From Pseudomonadota bacterium (GTDB lineage: Bacteria > Bdellovibrionota > FAC87 > UBA2466): a DNA stretch of 64,000 nucleotides. The stretch lies in contig RFNO01000106.1 of NCBI GenBank assembly GCA_009927165.1, positions 3,409 to 67,408 on the forward strand. Reading direction: 5' to 3'. The notes under the pieces were generated by a model. That model worked only from the letters and a program-made list of their open reading frames with translations, had not been told where the DNA came from and did not search any database. Shown here one piece after another: positions 49,142-59,131 of the stretch. The translations under genes and the position numbers were made by a program. The first letter of the stretch is position 1; each line of letters begins with the position of its first letter.

Positions 49142-50558
49142 TGCGATTCACGAATCCTTTAAAAAAAGTGAGGAGTAAAATTTTGATGTCTAAAAGCAGA
49201 GACCAGTTTCGAATGTAAAAAAGATCGTGATTGATTCGCTCTTCAATAGAGGTGTTGCCCCTCCAGCCATTAATTTGAGCCCACCCTGTAATGCCTGATC
49301 TCATCTGATGTCTCAGCATGTACTTAGGAACACTCTCTCGGAACTGTTCCACAAAAAATGGTCTTTCGGGTCGAGGCCCTACTAAGCTCATATCTCCCCG
49401 AAGGACGTTAAAGAACTGGGGAATTTCATCCAAACTGGTTCTTCTTAAAAAGCGTCCCAGATAAGTAACTCGCGTATCGTTCTCGACTGCCCATACAGCC
49501 CCCGTGGACTCTTCGGCATCAGTCTGCATGGTGCGAAATTTATACATTAAGAAAAGTTTGCCGTCGGCACCCATTCTCTCTTGAGAATAGAAAACTGGAC
49601 CTTTGGATGAAAGTTTCACCAAGACACCGATGAATAAATAAAGGGGGCTGCAGAGAACTAGAAAACCTAAAGAACCCAAGATATCCAAAAAACGCTTGAG
49701 AGCTTTATCGGTTCCCCCTAAAGGGGAAGTATTAAATTGAAGAAGGGGAATGCCAAAATCATGGCCGGCCTGATAAGTGAAAGTACTGTATTTTCCAAAA
49801 TCAGGAATGACTTTTACGCTCGCTAGTTCGTTAGATAACTGACGAAGAAGAGGTTCGTAATGTCCAGGGTCTTTTGAGGGATAAGAAAGCACTACTTGAT
49901 CAACCGGTTGACCGCGAATGACTGAAAGTAGTTCTGTTTCTTCTCCGAGGTATTTAACGCCCATGGAGTCATTTTCGGAACTGCGAGGGCCAAGCCGGCC
50001 CAACCAGTGAATGGGGTAGTCGCTCATTCTTTCCATTTCGCTTCGATAGACTTGTAGAGTGTCTCCATACCCGATGAGCAGAGTTTTAATTGGCGTCAAT
50101 AAGCGAGCCATTAAAAATTGCCAAATGAGTTCGAGAAAAAATCTCTCAACTAAAACGGCAGCTAAACTGAGAGCACAAAAAAGAGACAAGTACAGTCTAG
50201 AAAATCGATAGAGTTCTGTGAAATAAAGATAAGCAACCAGCACGAGTGTCCCTAAGACGACCCCCTGACACACTTTCTTAGAGGCTCTAAAACCAAAGCG
50301 AACTCTATCTCGCCGATAGGCTCCCACAGCATGAAACATGACGCAAAATATCACCGCGAGCGGATAAGAGATCAAAGCATAGGTTTCAAATTGAGGGATG
50401 CCATGAGTCATGGGGAAAATCTTACTGTAAAAACGTAAGTCCCAAGTCAGGCACCAAATCGCTACGACAGTGGCGATATCTGCCAACTTCACGGCTAAAG
50501 TGAATAAGAAAAGGGCTTGAGGGTATTGCATAGAAAACCGCGGCATCTTAACGTCCAA
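49131..50558 (-). CDS. undecaprenyl-phosphate sugar phosphotransferase (WbaP/exopolysaccharide priming transferase)
   Basis: N-terminal TM segments plus the C-terminal LDEIPQFFNVLRGDMSLVGPRPE signature. Confidence 0.8.
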   Translation of the reverse strand: MDVKMPRFSMQYPQALFLFTLAVKLADIATVVAIWCLTWDLRFYSKIFPMTHGIPQFETYALISYPLAVIFCVMFHAVGAYRRDRVRFGFRASKKVCQGVVLGTLVLVAYLYFTELYRFSRLYLSLFCALSLAAVLVERFFLELIWQFLMARLLTPIKTLLIGYGDTLQVYRSEMERMSDYPIHWLGRLGPRSSENDSMGVKYLGEETELLSVIRGQPVDQVVLSYPSKDPGHYEPLLRQLSNELASVKVIPDFGKYSTFTYQAGHDFGIPLLQFNTSPLGGTDKALKRFLDILGSLGFLVLCSPLYLFIGVLVKLSSKGPVFYSQERMGADGKLFLMYKFRTMQTDAEESTGAVWAVENDTRVTYLGRFLRRTSLDEIPQFFNVLRGDMSLVGPRPERPFFVEQFRESVPKYMLRHQMRSGITGWAQINGWRGNTSIEERINHDLFYIRNWSLLLDIKILLLTFFKGFVNRNAY

Positions 50559-50659
50559 GCGCCTTAGCGCACAACTCTTGTTTTTTATTTGATTGGCTAG
50601 GTAAAAACCTTATAATAATAAAGTACTTAGACAGTTGTTCTTTGCCCCAAGGAGGGACT

Positions 50660-50935
50660 GTGACCAAATCAGAGCTCATTGAAACTATTGCTCGAAAAGC
50701 TAATCTAACCAAGAAAAAAGCTGAGGAATTAGTAAATACCATTTTTGACGGGTTTTTTATGTCGATGGTGAAGGGGGACCGTATTGAAATCCGTGGCTTT
50801 GGAAGCTGGTTTGTAAAAAGTTACAAATCCTATGTGGGTCGAAACCCCAAAACAGGAGCAGATGTCTTTGTTCCTGAAAAGAAATTGCCCTTTTTTAAAG
50901 TAGGAAAAGAACTCAAGAAGCGAATCGATTCCTAA
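50660..50935 (+). CDS. HU/IHF-family DNA-binding protein
   Basis: GFGSW...RNPKTG beta-arm signature; GTG start with AAGGAGGG RBS. Confidence 0.75.
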   Translation: MTKSELIETIARKANLTKKKAEELVNTIFDGFFMSMVKGDRIEIRGFGSWFVKSYKSYVGRNPKTGADVFVPEKKLPFFKVGKELKKRIDS

Positions 50936-50956
50936 AGGTTTAAGAGCAAATAAAAA

Positions 50957-50993
50957 GGCCGTCGCTCGAAGCGACGGCCTTTCTTGTTTTTTC
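50957..50993. terminator. bidirectional intrinsic terminator
   Basis: GGCCGTCGCT-CGAA-GCGACGGCC hairpin flanked by T-tracts on both strands, between convergent genes. Confidence 0.8.
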
Positions 50994-50997
50994 AATC

Positions 50998-51639
50998 TTA
51001 AACAGTTTGTCCGACTTTGAATCCCATCCGAATCATTCCCCACATAATAAATACAGAGAATGCGGCAACGACTGCAAATATCGTCCAACTAAAGTAGCCC
51101 ATATTATTAGGACCAATCATACAGAACAACATGGGCCCGGATAAGTAAGCATTGGTTCTAGAAAAGAGAAGAGCTCGTTTAGCTAAAGCAGGCATTTCTG
51201 CAGGGCTTTGGCCTTCTTTAACCCAAGTAATAATCTGTCTTTGAGCAGGCCAAATCACAAACCAAACGTTGAACCACATGATCGTGCCCAGAGTAGACCC
51301 CATCATGATCCATTGAGCTCTCCCAGACATGCCGCCTTCGGTATCTCTCCACAGGTTCCCCTCGGAGCCAGGAAGTCCGTATTTGGAAAAGAGAAGAATG
51401 AGACCCACTACAAAAGTCACCATAGCTCCCCATCGAAACCACCAAAGAGCTCGAGGAAGAAGTTGTGGATTCACTTTGGGTTTTACTTCTTTATCAAGCA
51501 CTCCCTGAAGAGGCACATTCACAAAGTTAAAGAAGTACAAGTGACCAATCCAAATAATTCCGGCAAAAATATGAATCCAACGAAGTAAAAATAGCCAAGC
51601 GGTGAAGAGGTCTGTCTCTAAATTGATTCCCATATGATG
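50998..51639 (-). CDS. hypothetical polytopic membrane protein
   Basis: Four to five TM helices with Trp/His-rich loops (HIFAGIIWIGHLYFF); start taken at MHHMGINL. Confidence 0.4.
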   Translation of the reverse strand, partial: HHMGINLETDLFTAWLFLLRWIHIFAGIIWIGHLYFFNFVNVPLQGVLDKEVKPKVNPQLLPRALWWFRWGAMVTFVVGLILLFSKYGLPGSEGNLWRDTEGGMSGRAQWIMMGSTLGTIMWFNVWFVIWPAQRQIITWVKEGQSPAEMPALAKRALLFSRTNAYLSGPMLFCMIGPNNMGYFSWTIFAVVAAFSVFIMWGMIRMGFKVGQTV

Positions 51640-51984
51640 CATTCTCCTATTGTAAAAAAAACCTATTAAATTTGACCATCGATTGGTCGTTAAAGCAACT
51701 GGAAAGCCGCTTATCTTACAAGAATAATTCAAGAAAAAATTAAAATCGAATGCGAAAAGTAAGCGAAAGTTTTATTGGGAACTTCTGTCAAAACCGAAAC
51801 AGGAAAAAACGATCTGAAAATCAAACGCTTAGAAAAAACTCAAGTTTCCTGAGTGGAGGTTCTGCACTTGTATAAATTCAGTGCAGATTGAAAAATCAAT
51901 CACTTAGAGTGAATACAAGAAGAATTCACCGTTTGGCAAAGAGTATGCACTCTCGGAGTGTAAGGAAAAAGGTTTTCGGGGACT

Positions 51985-52812
51985 ATGACGGGGTTATCTT
52001 CCACAATTTATCGCTTTCTCAATCTGAGAATCATTGCGAGCGGAGTAGTTCTTCTGGGCTTGAGTCTTTCGACATCAGTCCGAGCAGAGAATGGGGAAGT
52101 GCTCTTTGGGGCAGCTGCTATTACAGCTTCAGTGAGCGCTATGGTGGCCCCCGGGATCATGTCCCAAGCTCAAACCCAAGTGAAACAAATTCAAGCTCAA
52201 ACAGCGACCCAAATTACGGGAATGAATGCTCAAGCAGCCCTTTATCAAGCAAAAATTCAGTCCGATTTAGCCTTGTCACAAGCATTTTTGGCTCGAGACC
52301 AAGCTTTTTATGTACAACAGAGTCAAACGAGAGACTTAGTCAGTCAGCTTCAGTTTTTAGCCTATAACCGAGCTCTGGATAACCAATTGGAAAGAGAAAG
52401 CATGGCCCGAGACATGGCAGTTCAACAAGCTTATCTCGGTTTAGAGTCCAAGCGGATGTATCTGAATCAAATTCTTGCAGAAACCAGTATGCTCACTGGA
52501 GGTAGCCCAGCTCTTTTACCTGCGCAGGCTACTGCCAATATCAACGCTTCAACTCCCCCAGCTACGACCGCTAACCTGTCAGCTTTGAGTGCGAATTCAA
52601 CCTCAACCCCAAGTTATGGGTTAAGGGGGATCGTGGGAAGCGGTCTTTCCAGTGGTTCCACTCGAGGTCGCAGGTTTGTCAGTGATTTGAGTTCGTTTAG
52701 CGCTTCTATTTTTCCCAATGCGAGCTACCAGGAGCCTGAAGGTATTCCTCACGCCCAGCGCGGACGAGGCATTCGCAGCTTAGCTTCTGAGCCTAGCCAC
52801 CACCGTCGTTAA
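51985..52812 (+). CDS. Ala/Gln-rich secreted protein (paralog A of the tandem pair)
   Basis: Signal peptide then GEVLFGAAAI...AMVAPG followed by a Q/A-rich coiled region. Confidence 0.45.
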   Translation: MTGLSSTIYRFLNLRIIASGVVLLGLSLSTSVRAENGEVLFGAAAITASVSAMVAPGIMSQAQTQVKQIQAQTATQITGMNAQAALYQAKIQSDLALSQAFLARDQAFYVQQSQTRDLVSQLQFLAYNRALDNQLERESMARDMAVQQAYLGLESKRMYLNQILAETSMLTGGSPALLPAQATANINASTPPATTANLSALSANSTSTPSYGLRGIVGSGLSSGSTRGRRFVSDLSSFSASIFPNASYQEPEGIPHAQRGRGIRSLASEPSHHRR

Positions 52813-52946
52813 GTCTGAAGACAAATCAAAAAACCCAATCCAGTAACATATTGAATTTAAATGACATATCCCGTGTTCCAATGGGGTGTCAAAACCCACT
52901 ACAAAAAAGATATAATAATTATAATCACTTAGATGATGTGAGGACT

Positions 52947-52980
52947 TGTATTCTAAAACTTTTCCACCTGTATTCTAAAA
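52947..52980 (+). promoter_or_regulatory. two copies of TGTATTCTAAAA, direct repeat with 22-bp periodicity
   Basis: Exact 12-mer at 52947-52958 and 52969-52980, about 105 nt upstream of the 53085 start. Confidence 0.3.
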
Positions 52981-53084
52981 ATACGGAGGTTTAGGTGAGT
53001 TAAATCAAATAGTTAGGCTTGATTTACCAACATAATCTTTGGCAAGGCCTATGCACTCTGTACGAGTAGGCAGGTCATAAAAGA

Positions 53085-55028
53085 ATGCAACTTGAGAAAC
53101 ACAATCTGAAGTTTCATTGGGTGAAAAATCCCAAAGCCTTTCATAAAGGCCTTACTGCAGTGCTTATGTTTTCTCTAATTTCTCCGTCTCCGGTTTGGGC
53201 GGACAGTGATTCTCAAACCCGAGCTATTGCTGCCAATTCCTCGGTTTCAGGACTGATGGGGGCAATTGAAAATTTGAACCAAGCGATGCGAACCGCAGCT
53301 GTGAATCCCATGGATGACTGGCGTCGTGAAGAAGTCAGAAAGGCGATGAGCGCCATTCCCAGTGCTTATACCACTCTTGCTGGTACTTTTTCCGCAAGTG
53401 TTTTAGGTAATTCTTCCCTTCCAGTTGTGCAAGCCATGGCAGCTGCTGCAGTGGATCAAGAAGCTCCTCATTCATTTGAAAAGTTTTTAAAAGAGTCTCC
53501 CAAAGCATTAACTCCCAGCCAGGAAGTGGATTTTTCTTTAGCTCATCCAGTGAGCGCCCAAGAAAATAACGTCTCCATGAAAGCAGTATTGAGCAATCCA
53601 TTAAAAGCAGCTGAAGCAGCTTCCGACAGAGCTGATCTTGCCAATTTGAGCAGGCCTCGGTCAGAAGCTTTGCCAGAGCGTTTATCCAGTTTTTCAAAGG
53701 AACCTGTTTCAGAACGTCCCTCAGAAACAGCTGCTTCTGAAAGTGCAGTAGCTCAGTTGGGAAGCGACTTAGCAACCGTAGAAGCCAATTTGAAAACAAG
53801 AACCCCTGCCTCTTCTGAAAATGAAGCAGCAGCTGCTACCAGTGCAGAAAGCTTTGCTAAAGACGAAGCCAAAGAAGAAAGTGTTGAGAAAAATTCCAAG
53901 AGCCGAAAAGCTGCTTCTAAACGTAAAGTTTCCAGTCGAGTCAGAAAGCCGACTTCCTGGCTTTTAGCACCGATGTTTTACTTAGCAGATTGGACTGTGT
54001 CTAATCACGAAGCCTTAGCTGAAACCCCAATTGCTCCTGGAGCTCCTGGGCAAGGTCCGCAAAGTGCCGCTAATCCTTCTGGGGAAGGTGGAGGCGGTGC
54101 CGGTGAACTTCTGTTTGGAGTGGCGGCTATTATGGGCGCAGTTGCTCCTATGGTAGTAGCTAGCCAGCAAGCCAATGCGCAAAAGCAGCAAGCTCAGATT
54201 GAAGCCAATGCGCAAATTCAGCAAACTCAAATTCAGACGCAAACTTCCAAAGATTTGGCTCAATTAAGTGCTCAAACTGCCATGGCTCAAGCCGATGCTT
54301 CTCGCCAAGTGGCACAAATGAACAACGATGCTCAAACTCAACGATTACAACTGAATTTAGCAGCAGCCCAAGCTCAACGAGATGAAGAGAGACAAGCTAA
54401 AGTTGAACAACAGAATTATCAAAGGCAGCTAGAGGCTCAAAGACTTGCAATTGCCGATCGTCAAGCCAACGAGAGTATTCGACTTGCTCAAGAGAATTTA
54501 GAAGCACAAAAATTAAGAATGGCTTTAGGTCTCTCAGATCAAACCAATCAGACTGGAGGACGCACTCTGCAGTCGATGACTGCAAACTCTCAATCAGTCA
54601 GTCCTCTAGTAGCAGCTTTAGGATTGCAAAGCACCGATAATACCCAATCTGATTCCTTAGCTGCAGCTGGAAGTGCTTCAGCAAGAAGGTTATTAGCAGC
54701 AGTGGATTCTTCTGTAGATGATTTGGAAAAGAGCGTAGGAGCCAACCAAAATCAATCGAGTTTGTTTTCAGCAAAAAACGTTCAAAACTCAAGAGCACGA
54801 GCTTTAACGACCTCAAGAGGGTTATACCGAAGTGGACTTTCTCCAGTTGCTGGTGGTTCTTTTGCAGCAGAAAAAAATCTGACCAGTCTTACTTCAATGA
54901 GCGATTTATCTCAGTTTGCATCCGAAGTCCCGGCGCAACCGATTTCAGATAACAGTTTTGCCCAGGACAGAAATTCAAGAATCCAATCATTAGGCACTAC
55001 TGCCCATGGATTTTCCGGAAGCAGATAA
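53085..55028 (+). CDS. Ala/Gln-rich secreted protein (paralog B; about 340-aa N-terminal extension plus paralogous C-terminal region)
   Basis: Signal peptide; GELLFGVAAIMGAVAPMVVA then a Q/A-rich region aligning with paralog A. Confidence 0.5.
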   Translation: MQLEKHNLKFHWVKNPKAFHKGLTAVLMFSLISPSPVWADSDSQTRAIAANSSVSGLMGAIENLNQAMRTAAVNPMDDWRREEVRKAMSAIPSAYTTLAGTFSASVLGNSSLPVVQAMAAAAVDQEAPHSFEKFLKESPKALTPSQEVDFSLAHPVSAQENNVSMKAVLSNPLKAAEAASDRADLANLSRPRSEALPERLSSFSKEPVSERPSETAASESAVAQLGSDLATVEANLKTRTPASSENEAAAATSAESFAKDEAKEESVEKNSKSRKAASKRKVSSRVRKPTSWLLAPMFYLADWTVSNHEALAETPIAPGAPGQGPQSAANPSGEGGGGAGELLFGVAAIMGAVAPMVVASQQANAQKQQAQIEANAQIQQTQIQTQTSKDLAQLSAQTAMAQADASRQVAQMNNDAQTQRLQLNLAAAQAQRDEERQAKVEQQNYQRQLEAQRLAIADRQANESIRLAQENLEAQKLRMALGLSDQTNQTGGRTLQSMTANSQSVSPLVAALGLQSTDNTQSDSLAAAGSASARRLLAAVDSSVDDLEKSVGANQNQSSLFSAKNVQNSRARALTTSRGLYRSGLSPVAGGSFAAEKNLTSLTSMSDLSQFASEVPAQPISDNSFAQDRNSRIQSLGTTAHGFSGSR

Positions 55029-55094
55029 AGATTTTAGTAGGGTCCGAGTTACTGGGGTAATAAGGCGCACATCTCCTCAAGAGAATGCGCCTTT

Positions 55095-56150
55095 TTAATT
55101 GCAATTTGAAGGCATAATTTGCCGATAAAGTTCTCGATAAGTAGCAGCAGTAGCAAGAGGCTCATATAAGCCTTTGTTCTTTAATTGCTCCACCACTCTT
55201 TCTGTTTCCTGCTTCAATGAACCCATATCACTTTGATTAATTAAGAATCGAGCGAGGCTTAAGGATGTTTGCGGCAAGAGCTCATTCAAGCTCTGGTTTT
55301 CCTCTGGGAAAACAGTCGGAATTCTGTAAAAAAGACTTTCCAGCGCCAAAGTCCCCCACTCAAAAGGCTTCGAACAAAGATAAAAACACAGTTTAGCATT
55401 CGACAGAAGGGCTATCCAAGTTTGAGGACTCAGTTCTTCCTGGGGCCGGACAGAAACGATTTTTGGCTGAAGCTTGGGAAAACGGGTTTTAACGACTCCC
55501 GCTAATTTTTTTAGATTTAAAGTATTTTCTTTGTCGCCAACTAGAAAAAGAACCGTTTCTTTGTCCGCTGCTTTTAATTCCTGGAAATGCACGAATCTTC
55601 TTACGGAAGGTTGAGCGATAAAAATTCGTTCTTTAGCAATTTGATACCGGTTGTGAAGCAATTCCAAATCTTTGTGTGAAGGAACTGCAAAATACTGGTT
55701 AGGCCTTCGAGTGATAAAAAAAGGAAGCTTTTTTTCCGGGGGTAACACAGTTGTGAGGGTAGAAACTGAGCAAGCGACGTTAATTTGATCAATGGCACGA
55801 AATCGATGAAAAAAACTAATTCCAGCGGTTTTTACGAACTCTTTTTCCCACATCCAATAGAGTGGAGAATTCCCAATTTTTCGCTTGGTTTCGTATCTTC
55901 TCAGTTGACCACTAAACACTTGGCCCGGATGACTAAGAAGAACAGTTCGGTGTTTTTGAATCCACTCGCTTGCTTCCTCTTCCCCATTGGCCGCAACCAA
56001 TTGGTCGATTAATTCTTGGGCAATAACTCCCGTTTGCGGAAGTTCAAGGGCCGTTCGTCCGTCGATACAAAGTCTTGGAGTGTGTTGCATGTCCCTATTA
56101 AAGCATTGGAAAACGAGGAATTCAACGCCTCTTGGCAAAACCTGTAACAA
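55095..56150 (-). CDS. hypothetical protein with GT4-like C-terminal E-x7-E region
   Basis: EWGTLALESLFYRIPTV resembles the GT-B donor-binding motif; otherwise unassigned. Confidence 0.35.
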   Translation of the reverse strand: MLQVLPRGVEFLVFQCFNRDMQHTPRLCIDGRTALELPQTGVIAQELIDQLVAANGEEEASEWIQKHRTVLLSHPGQVFSGQLRRYETKRKIGNSPLYWMWEKEFVKTAGISFFHRFRAIDQINVACSVSTLTTVLPPEKKLPFFITRRPNQYFAVPSHKDLELLHNRYQIAKERIFIAQPSVRRFVHFQELKAADKETVLFLVGDKENTLNLKKLAGVVKTRFPKLQPKIVSVRPQEELSPQTWIALLSNAKLCFYLCSKPFEWGTLALESLFYRIPTVFPEENQSLNELLPQTSLSLARFLINQSDMGSLKQETERVVEQLKNKGLYEPLATAATYRELYRQIMPSNCN

Positions 56151-56178
56151 GACGTTTTCACCGGCTTTTTTTTGCGTG

Positions 56179-57066
56179 ATGGTCCTTTCATTAGCGCTCT
56201 TAGCCGTTGTTGGTCATCGTTGTCATCAGAGGTATTTTTCCCAGCAAGCCAGCATCCTATTTTGGGATGTCGGGCAAGGAGATTCACAGCTCATAAGCTT
56301 ACCGTTTGGTAAAAACTACCTATTAGATACTGGAGGAGGAAGAGCTAATCGTCGAATCGGAAACGAGCTCTTTTTGGAGTTGAGTCGAAAAGGCATTTTA
56401 CGGTTGCAAGCTCTCCTGGTGAGTCATCCCGATGAGGATCACGCTTCAGGGGCCCTAGAGCTCTTTCGTCACTTAGTAGTTGATGAATTGTGGCTGCATT
56501 CTGGCTTCAAAGAAGAGGATAGAAAAAGTAGGCTGTTAACACAGCTTCGCGCTGATACGAAGAGCCGAGCTATACCTATTCGTGAGTTTTCGTCAACCGA
56601 AGTAATTTCTGGAAAAAATTTTCATTTAAAAGTAGTGCCTCTTTTTTCAAAAAAAGGAGTTCACTCAAACAATACCGTACTGGTTACCGAGCTCGAAGTG
56701 TATGGGTGTCGCTTTTTGTTTTTGGGGGATCTTGAGAAGGAAGGAGAAATGGATTTGACTCGGTTAATTCGTCCGGACGTTACCGTATTGAAAGTAGGCC
56801 ACCACGGAAGCCTTACGTCGAGTTCGCTTCCCTTTGTCCGATACTTAAATCCTCGCTATGCGATTATTTCGGTGGGGCAGGGAAATCCTTATGGCCACCC
56901 TCGCAAAGAAGTGATTGCGCGCTTTCAGGACCAAGGAGCCCAAGTCCTACGTACGGATTTTCATGGTTATGTTGAATTTAAAATTAGCCCAGAAGGTAAA
57001 CTTGCTTGTTACAACGCTTTGGGTTCTTGTGGAACCTATTTTTGTCGGCAGCCCGAAACAAACTAA
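56179..57066 (+). CDS. membrane-anchored MBL-fold hydrolase (ComEC C-terminal-domain-like)
   Basis: [10 protein letters not shown] and KVGHHGS metallo-beta-lactamase motifs; start moved to the internal Met to avoid a 164-nt overlap with the upstream gene. Confidence 0.55.
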   Translation: MVLSLALLAVVGHRCHQRYFSQQASILFWDVGQGDSQLISLPFGKNYLLDTGGGRANRRIGNELFLELSRKGILRLQALLVSHPDEDHASGALELFRHLVVDELWLHSGFKEEDRKSRLLTQLRADTKSRAIPIREFSSTEVISGKNFHLKVVPLFSKKGVHSNNTVLVTELEVYGCRFLFLGDLEKEGEMDLTRLIRPDVTVLKVGHHGSLTSSSLPFVRYLNPRYAIISVGQGNPYGHPRKEVIARFQDQGAQVLRTDFHGYVEFKISPEGKLACYNALGSCGTYFCRQPETN

Positions 57067-59054
57067 AGTTCAAGCTGCTTCTTTTTAAGCTGAGTGAGAC
57101 GATCCCGAAGTTCGGCGGCTTTCTCAAACTCAAGTGCTTTTGCTGCTTTTTTCATTAGTTTCTCGATTTTTTCAATTTCTTTCGGAAGATCCTTTTCGCT
57201 AATTTTGAAATCACCTTTTTTCTGGTTTGTCTTCACTTCAAAGTAATCAAAATTTTCATTCGCATAAAGCGGGCTTTGGATGTTTTTCTTTACGGACTCC
57301 GGGGTGATCCCATGCGTTTGGTTATATTCAGCTTGGATCTTTTTCCTTCGCTCAGTTTCTTTTACTGCAAAATCAATGGAATCAGTGCGATGATCTGCGT
57401 AGAGGATCACTGTTCCATCCAGATTTCGAGCCGCTCTTCCAATCGTTTGAATGAGCGAAGTTTGGCTTCGCAAGAATCCTTCTTTATCCGCATCTAAAAT
57501 CCCTACTAAAGAGCATTCCGGAATATCCAAACCTTCTCTTAAAAGATTAATACCGATAAGGACATCAAAGGTTCCCATGCGAAGTTGTCTGATGATCTCA
57601 ACCCGCTCAATCGCGTCAATGTCAGAATGAAGGTAAACCGCTTTGAGCCCCATTTTTTGATAGTACTCGGTGAGGTCTTCAGACATTTTTTTGGTTAAAG
57701 TGGTAACGAGAACTCGTTGACCTTTCTCAACTCTTTTTCTGATCTCACCGTAAAGGTCATCTACTGCCCCTCTGGCAGGGCGAATCAAAATTTTAGGATC
57801 CATGAGTCCTGTTGGTCTAATAATTTGTTCTACAACATGATCTCTACCCTTATCTCGCTCATATTTTCCGGGAGTGGCCGATACGTAAACTACTTGATTG
57901 ATTAATCCCTCAAATTCCGAAAAATTAAGCGGGCGATTATCTAATGCCGAAGGCAATCTAAAACCATGCTCGACCAGTGTCATTTTTCGAGCTCGATCCC
58001 CACGGTACATACCTCCAATTTGAGGCACGGTGACATGGCTTTCATCGATAAATAGCAAAAAGTCAGAAGGAAAATACTCTAAAAGCGTGGGAGGAGGATC
58101 ACCTGGCTTTCGTCCGGTTAAGTGGCGACTATAATTTTCAATCCCGTTGCAGTAGCCCATTTCCTCGAGCATTTCGATATCGTAGTAGGTCCGCGATTCC
58201 AGACGTTGCGCTTCTATTGGTTTGTTGAGTTTTTTAAGCTCTTGGAGTCGGTTCCGGAGTTCTTCTTGGATAGAGAAAACTGCCTGTTTCAACATATCCT
58301 TGGGAGTCACATAGTGGCTTCCGGGATAAATATCGAGTCTATCCAGTTCTTCAACCGCAGTACCTGTAATAGGGTCGATTTTCGAGATCTTATCAATCGT
58401 ATCTCCCCAGAACTGAATTCGATAGGCTTTGCTCTCTTCGAACGCCGGAAAAATTTCAATAATATCTCCCCGCACTCTAAAAGTTCCTCGGTGGAAATCG
58501 TAGTCATTGCGTTCATATTGTGTCTCTACTAAGTAGAGAAGAAATTCATCTCTTCGTTGCTCAGCCCCTTTTTCCAAATGAATAGCCATTTGACGATAAA
58601 GCTCGGGCGAGCCCAAACCATAGATACAAGATACGCTTGCTACAATAATCACATCTCGACGAGAAAGCAGACTACGGGTCGCAGAGTGACGAAGTTGATC
58701 AATCTGATCATTAATGGAAGAGTCTTTTTCGATATAAGTGTCCGAAGAGGGAATATAGGCTTCGGGCTGATAGTAGTCATAATAGCTGACAAAATATTCT
58801 ACTGCGTTTTCTGGAAACAGTTCCTTGAATTCGGAGTAAAGCTGGGCGGCTAGCGTTTTATTAGGGGCTAGGATTAAAGAGGGGCGCTGCAATTTGGCGA
58901 TGACATTAGCGATGGTAAAAGTTTTCCCACTGCCTGTTACCCCCAAAAGGACAGTATCTCTGCGTTTTGATTCAATTTCCCGGCAGAGCTTATCTATGGC
59001 TTGGGGTTGGTCCCCTCGAGGGGCAAATTCACTGACAATTTTAAACTGGGCCAT
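57063..59054 (-). CDS. uvrB: excinuclease ABC subunit B
   Basis: GVTGSGKT Walker A, helicase motifs, C-terminal UVR coiled coil. Confidence 0.93.
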   Translation of the reverse strand: MAQFKIVSEFAPRGDQPQAIDKLCREIESKRRDTVLLGVTGSGKTFTIANVIAKLQRPSLILAPNKTLAAQLYSEFKELFPENAVEYFVSYYDYYQPEAYIPSSDTYIEKDSSINDQIDQLRHSATRSLLSRRDVIIVASVSCIYGLGSPELYRQMAIHLEKGAEQRRDEFLLYLVETQYERNDYDFHRGTFRVRGDIIEIFPAFEESKAYRIQFWGDTIDKISKIDPITGTAVEELDRLDIYPGSHYVTPKDMLKQAVFSIQEELRNRLQELKKLNKPIEAQRLESRTYYDIEMLEEMGYCNGIENYSRHLTGRKPGDPPPTLLEYFPSDFLLFIDESHVTVPQIGGMYRGDRARKMTLVEHGFRLPSALDNRPLNFSEFEGLINQVVYVSATPGKYERDKGRDHVVEQIIRPTGLMDPKILIRPARGAVDDLYGEIRKRVEKGQRVLVTTLTKKMSEDLTEYYQKMGLKAVYLHSDIDAIERVEIIRQLRMGTFDVLIGINLLREGLDIPECSLVGILDADKEGFLRSQTSLIQTIGRAARNLDGTVILYADHRTDSIDFAVKETERRKKIQAEYNQTHGITPESVKKNIQSPLYANENFDYFEVKTNQKKGDFKISEKDLPKEIEKIEKLMKKAAKALEFEKAAELRDRLTQLKKKQLEL

Positions 59055-59131
59055 TGGTAAACAGTATAGGCAGGAGAATCTTTTCTGCCCAGTAGTTTAA
59101 ATTTGAATTTAAAAAGGGTATAGCCGTTAGC

